Shown piece by piece: positions 1 through 8,763 of a stretch of DNA of 64,000 nt (position 1 is its first letter; every line of letters starts with the position of its first letter). The notes under the pieces were generated by a model that had not been told where the DNA came from, searched no databases, and saw nothing but the letters and a program-made list of their open reading frames with translations. Both the position numbers and the translations under genes were made by a program. The stretch comes from Pseudobdellovibrionaceae bacterium (GTDB lineage Bacteria > Bdellovibrionota > Bdellovibrionia > Bdellovibrionales > JAMPXM01): contig CANHQR010000013.1 of assembly GCA_947462815.1 (NCBI GenBank), forward strand, positions 3,520-67,519, written 5' to 3'.

Positions 1-1
1 A

Positions 2-145
2 TTCGACATCCAAGATGATGTGGAAAACCTCGACACGAATCGCTCTGGGTTGTCGGCGCATGTGTCGTTGCTTGGGTCCCAAGGTATCGGCGCGGTGGTG
101 AATTCCATCTTTGACTCCGTCGAGGCGAGCTCGAAGTGTTACTGA
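2..145 (+). CDS. 3' end of an unidentified CDS entering from upstream of the window
   Basis: Frame 2 is open from the window edge to TGA 143-145 (...NSIFDSVEASSKCY*); too short for family assignment. Confidence 0.2.
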   Translation, partial: FDIQDDVENLDTNRSGLSAHVSLLGSQGIGAVVNSIFDSVEASSKCY

Positions 146-264
146 GGGACCTCGGCCGCTGCGGAATTCGTGGGATGTCTTTGAACTATTGCTTGAGATC
201 GCTTCGCGTGCTGAGATGACGCTGTTCAGCGAGTTGCTGGCACTAGCCGTATGCGAGGTGGCTC

Positions 265-1710
265 TTGAGCGTCGATTCATCGTCCCTCCAGCAAGTCCTC
301 TCTTCTCCGCTTCCTGAGTTGGTGTTCGCGCGACTCCAACAAGGCTTTGCCTCGGGTCGCACGCGACCGATCGCCTGGCGCGCAGAGAAGCTCCGACTCC
401 TTGAAGAAGGCTTGCGAGCAAGGGAAAGCGACTTGCAATCGGCCCTCACGGCAGACTTGGAAAAACCTGAATTTGAGAGTTTTCTTTCGGAGTTCGCGAT
501 CCTCTGCGAGGAGTTGCGCGAGGCCCGGCGAGAACTCGCGCGGTGGGCGGCGCCAAAGCGGCTCGCCACACCCTTGAAGCTTTGGCCGGCTCGTTGCGAG
601 TGGACCTACGAACCGAAGGGTGCGGTCTGCATCATCGCACCTTGGAACTATCCGATCCAGCTGGCTCTTGCACCTTTGATCGCGGCCATTGCAGCGGGCA
701 ACACGGTCTGTGTGAAAATGTCGGATTTTGCACCAGCCAGCGCGCGCTTTGTACACGCGCTGATCCGAGAGATCTTTGCCGATGATGAAGTCATCGTTGT
801 CGAGGGGGATGGACCTTGGACTTCTCAACTTTTGGATCGGCCTTGGGCCCATGTGTTTTTTACGGGCTCAACCGCCGTCGGTAAAGCTGTGGCGCAGGTG
901 TGTGCACGACATTTGACCCCGACAACTTTGGAATTGGGTGGCAAAAGCCCATGTATCGTCGATGCGACAACGAATCTGGAAGTGGCCGCTCGTCGAGCGG
1001 CGTGGGGTCGTTTTTTCAACGCAGGTCAGACCTGTGTGGCGCCCGATTACATTTTGGTTGAAGACCAAGTGGCAGAGGCCTTCACGCGTCTGTTGATCAA
1101 AGAAGTTCGCTCGCGGGGCGAGTCCGCTGGGGACTCCGCGCGGCTCATCCATCATAAACATGCGGAACGTCTTCGCACGCTCTTAAAAGGCTGTGAGATC
1201 CTGACAGGCGGTGCGCCATCGGCAGGAACTGATCCTCGTCGCTGGCCGCCCACCTTAGTGCGCGTTCCGGAAGATGCGATCGTGCGGAAACATGCGCTGC
1301 TGCACGAGGAAATCTTTGGACCGATTTTTCCGATCCTCAATTGGTCGACGCGCGAAGAGCTGCGCTCGCATTTGGCGCGAAACCCAGATCCACTGGCTTG
1401 CTATGTATTCAGCGAGGACCAGAGCTTCGTGGCGTGGCTTCTCGAGGGTGCTACGGGCAAGGTTCACCCCAACTTCAGTTTTGGATTCGGGGGCGGCGTA
1501 CTCAATGATGTGATGGCCCAGTTTGGAAGCCCTGAGCTTCCGTTTGGCGGGCGCGGAGCCAGCGGCATGGGTGCCTACCATGGCGAGTTCGGCTACATGG
1601 AGTTTTCGCAGCGGCGCACTTGGGTCGTGCGTCGGACTTGGGGTGATCTTGCACTCCGATATCCACCCTACAGTAACGCATGGAAGAGATGGAAAGCATG
1701 GCTCGCATAA
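265..1710 (+). CDS. NAD(P)+-dependent aldehyde dehydrogenase (class-3-like)
   Basis: 481-aa ORF (TTG start in track). ALDH signatures LELGGKSPCIV (general-base Glu) and FFNAGQTCVAPDYILV (nucleophile Cys), with PFGGRGASGMG near the C-terminus. Confidence 0.9.
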   Translation: MSVDSSSLQQVLSSPLPELVFARLQQGFASGRTRPIAWRAEKLRLLEEGLRARESDLQSALTADLEKPEFESFLSEFAILCEELREARRELARWAAPKRLATPLKLWPARCEWTYEPKGAVCIIAPWNYPIQLALAPLIAAIAAGNTVCVKMSDFAPASARFVHALIREIFADDEVIVVEGDGPWTSQLLDRPWAHVFFTGSTAVGKAVAQVCARHLTPTTLELGGKSPCIVDATTNLEVAARRAAWGRFFNAGQTCVAPDYILVEDQVAEAFTRLLIKEVRSRGESAGDSARLIHHKHAERLRTLLKGCEILTGGAPSAGTDPRRWPPTLVRVPEDAIVRKHALLHEEIFGPIFPILNWSTREELRSHLARNPDPLACYVFSEDQSFVAWLLEGATGKVHPNFSFGFGGGVLNDVMAQFGSPELPFGGRGASGMGAYHGEFGYMEFSQRRTWVVRRTWGDLALRYPPYSNAWKRWKAWLA

Positions 1711-3011
1711 AGAAACGAAAGTTGTCTGGATCTCGATTCACACTCTTTGTCGGGATTGCAAAGCTTTGGAGTTTTGAGGAATTCGCAGAGGCCGACGGGC
1801 GGCACCCGGAGCGTTGCGAGCTGCGACCGATTCCCAAAGCAGCTTTGTTTGTTGATCCAGATGGCCGCGTTATCTGGAAGGGCGAGCAAAGGAACTTTAG
1901 TCGTGAAGCCAAATCTTGGATGCCGCTTCAATTCGAGCGCGTCGATCTCAAGGGTGCGGAGGTGCTGCCGGCATTCATTGAAGCTCACACGCATCTGCTC
2001 TATGCGGGGGATCGCAGCGATGAGTTTGAGCGCCGAAATCGCGGCGAGAGCTATCTGCAAATTGCTCAGGCCGGCGGAGGGATCCGCCGCAGTGTCGAGT
2101 TGACACGAAAGGCTTCGATTTCTCGCTTAAAGTCCGATCTGCGGGCTCGACTGGGCGAGCTGGCTCAACAAGGCGTGGCCACGGTTGAAGTTAAAAGTGG
2201 ATATGCCCAGAGCGTGGAGGAGGAGCTCCGCCACCTGCGTCTCATTGCCGGCGTCGTTCGTGAGAGTCGCCGAAGCCCCGTCGGCCCACGCGTGGTGGGG
2301 ACAGCGCTCAGTGCGCACTCCGTGCCGCCCCAGACTCAACCCGGAGATTGGTTGAAGCTCGTCCGCGAACAAGTTTGGCCTCAGCTTCCGAGGGAGATTC
2401 GACGCATCGACATTTTCGTCGAGAAGGGCGCATTTGCAGCGAAAGATGCGGGCGTGCATTTTGACGAGGCCAGGCGCCGAGGTCTTGAAATCACGGTGCA
2501 TGCGGATCAGTTGTCCTTGTCCGGTGGCACAGATTTGGGAGTTCAGTATCAAGCTCAATCCGTAGATCACTTGATTGAGATTGGGCAGAAACAGCGGCTG
2601 GCGTTGGCAAAGTCGGGCGAGACCGTTGCCATGCTGCTGCCGGTTGCAGATCTCTATGCGCGGCTCGCCTATCCGAAGGCACGAGAGTTAATCGATGCAG
2701 GCGCCCGTGTGGCGTTGGCGACGGATCACAATCCAGGTACAGCTCCAGCTCTCGACGTGGCCCTCGTAGGTGTCTTGGCGCGAACGCAGATGCGCATGAC
2801 TCTCAAAGAGACGCTTTGCGCTTACACCTACAACGCCGCACGCGCTCTCGGCTTAAGCGGAGAGACCGGAACTTTGCGACAGGGAAGCTCAGCTGACTTT
2901 ATCGCTCTCACCCCCGGGGCAAGCCTTGCGCAGCTCTTTTACGAGGTGAGTCCGCACGCGAGTCGCCGGATTTTGGCAGGCACTTATCGCGCCGGTGTTC
3001 GAATTGCCTGA
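1680..3011 (+). CDS. hutI: imidazolonepropionase
   Basis: Amidohydrolase fold with HutI-type motifs PAFIEAHTHLLYAGDRSDEF, SYLQIAQAGGGI, TVHADQL, ALATDHNPGT. Start ambiguous (ATG 1680/1689/1698); overlaps the ALDH stop. Confidence 0.85.
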   Translation: MEEMESMARIKKRKLSGSRFTLFVGIAKLWSFEEFAEADGRHPERCELRPIPKAALFVDPDGRVIWKGEQRNFSREAKSWMPLQFERVDLKGAEVLPAFIEAHTHLLYAGDRSDEFERRNRGESYLQIAQAGGGIRRSVELTRKASISRLKSDLRARLGELAQQGVATVEVKSGYAQSVEEELRHLRLIAGVVRESRRSPVGPRVVGTALSAHSVPPQTQPGDWLKLVREQVWPQLPREIRRIDIFVEKGAFAAKDAGVHFDEARRRGLEITVHADQLSLSGGTDLGVQYQAQSVDHLIEIGQKQRLALAKSGETVAMLLPVADLYARLAYPKARELIDAGARVALATDHNPGTAPALDVALVGVLARTQMRMTLKETLCAYTYNAARALGLSGETGTLRQGSSADFIALTPGASLAQLFYEVSPHASRRILAGTYRAGVRIA

Positions 3012-3348
3012 AGGAGGACGGGGTATTGCCTGCTTTTCGATCGACATTTGCAGGTCTGAATCTTCCGGCATGGAGAGGTGGAGCTTGCAAGTCATCGAAA
3101 TAACAGACTTGTGTTGGCCGAGGTCCGAGACGCATCAAGAACCGGCAAAAATCTTAAATAGTCTTAAAAAAAATTTGCATCCGGAGAAATTCAGCGTCTA
3201 GGCTCGGAGGTGACATCCCCTCACGGCAGGATGCTGGAGGGGTGTCAAACCTTCAGTTCACTTCTCGGCTGTAAGTGAACTTGAGGCCGTAGCGGTCGCC
3301 GGCCCAAGCGGTGACGAAGGTTCAGCCGAATTGACATCGAGGGACAGC

Positions 3349-3849
3349 ATGAACGAGATCGCGACACGGATGCCGCTGAACTCACTGACCACTTCAAACG
3401 AAGTGGCCACGAGCGAAGAGACTCGTCTCTTCATAACACAATCCTCTTACTTCACAGCCGCCTTCAACGGCGCCATCTTCGATGGACCTTTGCGCTTGTA
3501 CTTTGCACAGGCTCAAGAAGGTTTGGCTTTGAATCTATACTTTGAACTCCGCGCACAAATGGGTGAGCTGGCCGAGCCACGGCCCGGTCGCGTGTCGCGC
3601 CCCAATCTTTTTGTAATGATTTATCCCACCGAAGAGCACTTCGATTTGTGTTTCGGTCCTCCGGCAAGTCGCGTGATTGGAGCACAGGCGGCGCCTGCCA
3701 ATCCTGCAGCTTTTGGACAAGACCTCGTTTTGGGCATGATGGCGAGTGACTTGGAGTCGGATTTGGCGACGCATGTCGCTCGCGCCGCCAACGTGTTGCG
3801 TCTTCTCGTGAGTCGTGCGGCTGAGGCCGGCCGCGTGGCTGAAGTCTGA
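3349..3849 (+). CDS. hypothetical protein
   Basis: Open frame with G/C-rich third positions. ATG 3349 is preceded by GAGGGA (TTG 3331 is an alternative start). No recognisable motif. Confidence 0.45.
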   Translation: MNEIATRMPLNSLTTSNEVATSEETRLFITQSSYFTAAFNGAIFDGPLRLYFAQAQEGLALNLYFELRAQMGELAEPRPGRVSRPNLFVMIYPTEEHFDLCFGPPASRVIGAQAAPANPAAFGQDLVLGMMASDLESDLATHVARAANVLRLLVSRAAEAGRVAEV

Positions 3850-3896
3850 GTTCAAGCGCAGGTTCGGGTCTGTGTGCCGGACCTCTGGCTGTGAGT

Positions 3897-4595
3897 TCAG
3901 TCTGCTTCATCCCCTGAGGCCGACTCTGCCAGTAAGTCTTCGATCATGCGTTGCGCTTCTTCCTGCGTCCAAATCATCGAGCCGCCTCCAACCGAGGCGA
4001 CGCGCCCTGCGCGATCAATCAGAACTGTGCTCGGAGACGTATCGACGCGCAACTCAAAGGCCGCTTTGCGAGTCGGATCGTGTAGCATCAGGTCTTTTGG
4101 TTCAAAGCCACTGCCGTCTAGAATTTTGGGCGATAAATCCACCACACGCCGAATGGCCTCGGCATCGACGTCCATATTGATCAGACGAACTTGCAATCCG
4201 GCGCGCTGATACTTTCTCGCCAACGCGACGAGCTCCTTGATCTCGGTCCAGCAGGGATCGCAGTCGGCTGTCCAAAACCACAAGAGAAGCACATCACCGC
4301 GATGTTCTTTGAGTTTGAAACTTGCCTCGCTCGAGTTCAGACGTTGAACTTCAAGACTTCCGGGAGCTGCGGGGCGCTCGTGAGCCAGGGGGTCGGGCTC
4401 AGCTTGGGCCAGGGGAAGTTCCACGGCGGGTCGACTCATAAAGTAAGCTGAGGCCAAAATCGCAATCAGCAGTCCACCCACCAAACTCGTTAAAACTGGT
4501 TTTGAGGTCAATTTACTTGAGCCTCTCGACGCGAGAGCTTTTTTGACGGATTCTGTAGGCTCAGGGGGCGGAGATGAAGGCTTATCGAAATTCAT
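3897..4595 (-). CDS. membrane-anchored TlpA/ResA-like thiol:disulfide oxidoreductase
   Basis: N-terminal TM anchor (LVGGLLIAILASAYF) followed by a thioredoxin-fold region with WFWTADCDPCWTEIKEL (CxxC). Confidence 0.75.
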   Translation of the reverse strand: MNFDKPSSPPPEPTESVKKALASRGSSKLTSKPVLTSLVGGLLIAILASAYFMSRPAVELPLAQAEPDPLAHERPAAPGSLEVQRLNSSEASFKLKEHRGDVLLLWFWTADCDPCWTEIKELVALARKYQRAGLQVRLINMDVDAEAIRRVVDLSPKILDGSGFEPKDLMLHDPTRKAAFELRVDTSPSTVLIDRAGRVASVGGGSMIWTQEEAQRMIEDLLAESASGDEAD

Positions 4596-4807
4596 GCCTC
4601 AACGCTAGCGGGCGGGGACGCCGCGGGCAAGTTGTGCTCGAATACATTCTGCTGCTGATCATTTCCGTCACCATGGCTTTTATTATTACGCGCTTAATGG
4701 TCGGTCGAGACGAGGGAAATGCCGGCTTCGTCATTGTGACATGGCAGAATCTTTTGACGGAGATCGGGCAAGATCGCCCCGATGCGACCCGAACCGACCA
4801 GCCTTAG
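4574..4807 (+). CDS. Flp/Fap-type pilin-like small protein (candidate)
   Basis: 77-aa ORF with AGGGGG 5 nt upstream of the ATG. Contains G-QVVL-EY (G-x4-EY Flp prepilin motif) followed by about 20 hydrophobic residues (ILLLIISVTMAFIITRLMV). Its 5' end overlaps the divergent TlpA-like start by 22 nt. Confidence 0.4.
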   Translation: MKAYRNSCLNASGRGRRGQVVLEYILLLIISVTMAFIITRLMVGRDEGNAGFVIVTWQNLLTEIGQDRPDATRTDQP

Positions 4808-4933
4808 TTCAAAAATATCGACCCAAAACATCGACCCAAAAAGTAGATCCTCAGTGCTCGTCGAGAAACATCATGCACCGAGCGATTCTTGAGTCGGTAT
4901 CGTGACGGAGTCCTTTCGATGACAAGCTCGCGA

Positions 4934-5842
4934 TCACCAGGTGGATCGAGCCTTCACGGCGTCGCTGAGCGCGCGCTGCATGCTTTCGCGAATTTCCTGA
5001 GCCAATTCACGCACGAGCTCTCGATCCTGGGCGGCCTTTGGCCCATACGGCAGATGTACCGGAGGCAAGAAAATAATCTTCCAACGGACCGGGAGCGGGA
5101 TGATATTGAGAGGCAGGGGCAGAACGGCGCCGCGGAGAAAGCGAGTGAAGCGCAGTTGCGCTAAATTAATGTGAGTCTCCTCGGCGCCGATGATGAGCGT
5201 GGGGATGATGGGGCTTTGCGTTTCCAAGGCGAGGCGGACAAACCCGCGTTTGAACTCTTGAAGGTGGTAGCGCTTGGTGGTCGGTTTGAAGTTTCCGTAT
5301 TCACCTTCAGGAAAGAGTACGATCAGATTTTTTTTGTTCAGCTGAGTCAGACCGTTAGCTGTGGTCGCTTCAATGAAGCCCACCTTCTCTGCCGGAATCG
5401 CGGTGGCTGATGTCAAAAACCAAAAATGATGGGTGAGGATGCGCGGCAATCGACCCGTGCCACGATGAATCTCATGGCCGAGCAAAAAAGCATCAAAGCC
5501 TGAATAGCCCGAATGATTGGGAGCAATGATTCCCGAACCGCGCCGCGGAACGTTTTCGAGACCCTCAACTTCGAGTCGAAAGTATCGGCGCGCAATTTCC
5601 ATCACGAATCGGGGCAGAGCTCGGTAGACCATGCGCTCTACAGGACCGGTGAGAAGGTCGGGTCGGTTTCTTTGGCTGTGGTTGGTTTTTGGATCGCCCC
5701 GATTGAGTTTGTGCCGAAGTTCCTCACTCAACTGATCCGTCAATTGTTCGGCCAATTGTTGAGCAAATTGTTTTGCACTCTGCACGGAAAAGTTGCTGAG
5801 CAGCGAGGGTTCTTGCTTGGGTTTTCCCGCATTCTTCTTCAT
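4934..5842 (-). CDS. lysophospholipid/1-acylglycerol-3-phosphate acyltransferase family protein
   Basis: IIAPNHSGYSGFD (H-x4-D block) and VLFPEGEYGN (block III) of the PlsC/LPLAT family. Confidence 0.8.
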   Translation of the reverse strand: MKKNAGKPKQEPSLLSNFSVQSAKQFAQQLAEQLTDQLSEELRHKLNRGDPKTNHSQRNRPDLLTGPVERMVYRALPRFVMEIARRYFRLEVEGLENVPRRGSGIIAPNHSGYSGFDAFLLGHEIHRGTGRLPRILTHHFWFLTSATAIPAEKVGFIEATTANGLTQLNKKNLIVLFPEGEYGNFKPTTKRYHLQEFKRGFVRLALETQSPIIPTLIIGAEETHINLAQLRFTRFLRGAVLPLPLNIIPLPVRWKIIFLPPVHLPYGPKAAQDRELVRELAQEIRESMQRALSDAVKARSTW

Positions 5843-5854
5843 GATGTTGAACTC

Positions 5855-7384
5855 ATGGGAAGTACAAATATTCTTTCACTTGATCAGGGTACCACAGGTT
5901 CAACGGCAAGCCTCATGGATGGCAAGGGGCTTGTCTCAGGTCGCGCCGACCTCGACTTTCGCCAGTATTTTCCTGAGCCGGGATGGGTGGAGCACAAACC
6001 GGATGACATTTGGAAGTCTCTGGTCGAACCCGTTCAGAGCGTGATTAAGAAAACGCGCGTGAAGCCGGGTTCGATCTCCGCGATCGGCATTACCAATCAA
6101 CGCGAAACTGTTGTGATTTGGGATCGCAAGACAGGGCGACCCGTCTACAATGCGATCGTTTGGCAAGATCGTCGTACAACGGAAGTCTGCGAACGGCTGA
6201 AGTCCGAGGGCGTGGAAGCGATGCTTCGCGAGAAGACGGGTTTGGTGATCGATCCTTATTTTTCGGCGACGAAGCTGGCTTGGATTTTAGATCATGTATC
6301 GGGCGCTCGATCGCGTGCGGAGCGAGGCGAGTTGGCCGCGGGCACAATTGATACATACGTCTTATGGAAGCTGTCCGGCGGCAAAGTGCATCGCACGGAT
6401 GTCTCCAACGCCTCGCGAACCCAGTTGATGAGTTTGGCCACCTGCGATTGGGACGAGGACTTATTGCGGCTCTTCAAAGTGCCGCGCGAGATCTTGCCCG
6501 AGATTTGCGATTCCAATGCGATGTTTGGTGAGACCTCGGGGCTTCGATTTTTGCCAGATGGTATTCCGATCACGGGAATTGCGGGCGATCAGCAGGCGGC
6601 GCTTTTTGGTCAGCTTTGTCTGCGCGTGGGAGAGGCCAAGTGTACCTTCGGAACAGGAAGTTTCCTGTTGATGAATACGGGTTCCGAGAAACTGCGTTCG
6701 AAGGCGGGTTTATTGACGACCGTCGCTTGGCGTTTGCGCGGCGAAAAGCAGGCCACCTATGCGTTGGAGGGCGGCGCCTTTGTGTGTGGCGCAGCCGTAC
6801 AGTTTTTGCGCGATCAACTCGGCTTCATCAAGGATTCTTCCGAGGTGGAGAAGCTCGCTTCGTCCGTTAAGGATTCAGGTGGCGTCGAATTTGTTCCCGC
6901 ACTCACGGGGCTTGGGGCGCCTTACTGGGATCCGCGTGCGCGCGGTCTGATTTGTGGTCTGACGCGAGGAACGACTCGAGCGCACATCGCTCGAGCGACG
7001 CTTGAGGCGATGGCTTTGCAGAACGCAGAAATCTTACTTGCGATGGACGAGGACCTGCGTCGAGGATCGAGCGGCTCGAAAGACGCCCCGCAATTGTCGC
7101 GTGTTCTGGTCGATGGTGGAGCCAGTGCCAATAATCTACTCATGCAGATGCAGGCCGATGTTTTGGGAACGAATGTCGTTCGACCGAAAAACATCGAGAC
7201 CACCTCAGCCGGCGCGGCGTTTTTGGCTGGCCTCGGTGTGGGAGTCTTCGCCTCAACGGCAACTTTGAAAAACCTATGGCGCGCCGATAAAACCTTCTCG
7301 CCCAAGATGAAAGATGAAGATCGACAAGCGCGTCTCCAGCGTTGGCGCACGGCGATCCGCCGGGCCACGTTGACCGAAGCCTAA
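5855..7384 (+). CDS. glpK: glycerol kinase
   Basis: FGGY-kinase/GlpK motifs ILSLDQGTTGS, ITNQRETVVIWD, WQDRRT, GTGSFLLMNTG, VDGGASAN. Start set at ATG 5855; the track ORF start at 5513 lies inside the divergent acyltransferase gene. Confidence 0.93.
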   Translation: MGSTNILSLDQGTTGSTASLMDGKGLVSGRADLDFRQYFPEPGWVEHKPDDIWKSLVEPVQSVIKKTRVKPGSISAIGITNQRETVVIWDRKTGRPVYNAIVWQDRRTTEVCERLKSEGVEAMLREKTGLVIDPYFSATKLAWILDHVSGARSRAERGELAAGTIDTYVLWKLSGGKVHRTDVSNASRTQLMSLATCDWDEDLLRLFKVPREILPEICDSNAMFGETSGLRFLPDGIPITGIAGDQQAALFGQLCLRVGEAKCTFGTGSFLLMNTGSEKLRSKAGLLTTVAWRLRGEKQATYALEGGAFVCGAAVQFLRDQLGFIKDSSEVEKLASSVKDSGGVEFVPALTGLGAPYWDPRARGLICGLTRGTTRAHIARATLEAMALQNAEILLAMDEDLRRGSSGSKDAPQLSRVLVDGGASANNLLMQMQADVLGTNVVRPKNIETTSAGAAFLAGLGVGVFASTATLKNLWRADKTFSPKMKDEDRQARLQRWRTAIRRATLTEA

Positions 7385-7400
7385 GCGCGCCAAACAAGAT

Positions 7401-7420
7401 GGCCCACGATTTCGTGGGCC
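7401..7420. terminator. GC-rich hairpin between convergent glpK and the HAD-like gene (possible bidirectional terminator)
   Basis: Perfect 8-bp stem GGCCCACG / CGTGGGCC with loop ATTT, 17 nt after the glpK stop. No clear U-run on either side. Confidence 0.3.
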
Positions 7421-7474
7421 ACAGGCTCTCCATCGCCGTGAGAGGGACTCGCGCACATCGGAAACCGGCGCGCT

Positions 7475-8449
7475 TTACTCAAAAAGAACTTGCTGAAGAA
7501 CGCGAACGTCTTGCCAATCGCGTTTCGCATTTTGCGGATTGCGAGCGAAGTTGGCGACTTGGGGATCCAGCTTTGAATAGCGGATGGTCACAAGTTCTCG
7601 AACATGCGCGGCCATAGCGTCGTGAACGCGATCTGTATGCTTCGCATGATCATCGATGAAGACAATCGCATCGAAGTCATCGTCGATTTGATATTTTTCA
7701 AGAAAGGTTCCCAACATCACGCCTTTGTGCTGGCCCGAAGTCATCATGATTCCCTTTTGGAAAGTGATGGGACGAGCCGATGCGACTTTCAGGCGTTGCA
7801 GTTCTGTCGGCGGAAAACGCGTTGTCCCGGCGGCCTCATAGCTCAAAAAGCTGGTCACGGGTTCTTGAGGAAGACTTCGCATGGGACCAATTTGAAAACC
7901 GTTTCGTTTGAGCTCTCGCTCGGTTTGGGATCGAAACTCAGGTCCTCGCGAGGTCAGAATCATGGTTTCAAGGCCATCGCCTTTGAGCTGGTTGAAGATC
8001 TCCACAGCCTTGGGTTCCGTCGGGATCATCTTCGCCAAGGTGAAAAACACGCCCTGCCATTCGAGCAATCCAGAGAAATCGGCGGCCACAAGATCCGGAC
8101 TCGCGGGGGACTTTTTCAAGAGATCCTCTTGCCAGGTGAACCAGGCATCTCCACCGAGATCCTGTTTCATGGTCAACAGTGTGTTGTCGATGTCGTAAAC
8201 CAGCAGCACGCGATCCTTGGGAATTTTGCCGATGACTCGGCTGACTTCGGAGGCAAAGGTTTCGAAGCGATCAGATTCGAGCTTGAGGTGCGTTTGAGCC
8301 GAGGCTGGCCAAACAAGTGTTGAGACAAAAATTACGCCGATCAGGGATGCCCTGAGGTCCGAGCTCGCGGCGCCGATTCGTTGAAAGACTGAAATCAAGT
8401 GGGACCAAGAATGCTTCGACATCAGATTTCTCCCGTTGGTTGGTCTCAC
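7475..8449 (-). CDS. secreted HAD-like hydrolase (DUF2608-like)
   Basis: Signal-like N-terminus (LIGVIFVSTLVWPASA). HAD motif I VYDIDNTLL and a motif-IV-like VFIDDH. Confidence 0.55.
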   Translation of the reverse strand: MRPTNGRNLMSKHSWSHLISVFQRIGAASSDLRASLIGVIFVSTLVWPASAQTHLKLESDRFETFASEVSRVIGKIPKDRVLLVYDIDNTLLTMKQDLGGDAWFTWQEDLLKKSPASPDLVAADFSGLLEWQGVFFTLAKMIPTEPKAVEIFNQLKGDGLETMILTSRGPEFRSQTERELKRNGFQIGPMRSLPQEPVTSFLSYEAAGTTRFPPTELQRLKVASARPITFQKGIMMTSGQHKGVMLGTFLEKYQIDDDFDAIVFIDDHAKHTDRVHDAMAAHVRELVTIRYSKLDPQVANFARNPQNAKRDWQDVRVLQQVLFE

Positions 8450-8763
8450 TGATGCGACATGACTCGAGCCGTATTCAAGTTGGACTTCCGTCAGGGTCTA
8501 GTTTGTGGCGCATTCGGTTCAAGGAGAGGCTCAAAGACGCGTTGAGGTCCGTGAGTTTGGTGAGGGCGTCGATTGTTGTCTTGAGGCGTCATCCGCCTGG
8601 AGGAGCTGATTTTTGGAATCCCAGTTGACCTCGACCTTCGCTCGGGGGCTCGGCGTCAGGTGCCTGGAATGTGGGACAATTCTCTAAGCGCCAGACTCGT
8701 TCTCGTGAGGGACTCAATTCAGGAAAATTCTGCTGCTTTCCGATAAGTGGGTTGGAGGAATCC

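Noticed and set aside
2995-3201. 68-aa ORF directly after hutI.
   Set aside because: Rich in rare codons and runs through the AT-rich promoter-like patch. More likely non-coding.
5513-5854. 114-codon N-terminal extension of the glpK ORF in the track.
   Set aside because: It lies entirely inside the divergent acyltransferase gene. The GlpK homology (LSLDQGTTGS) begins right after ATG 5855.
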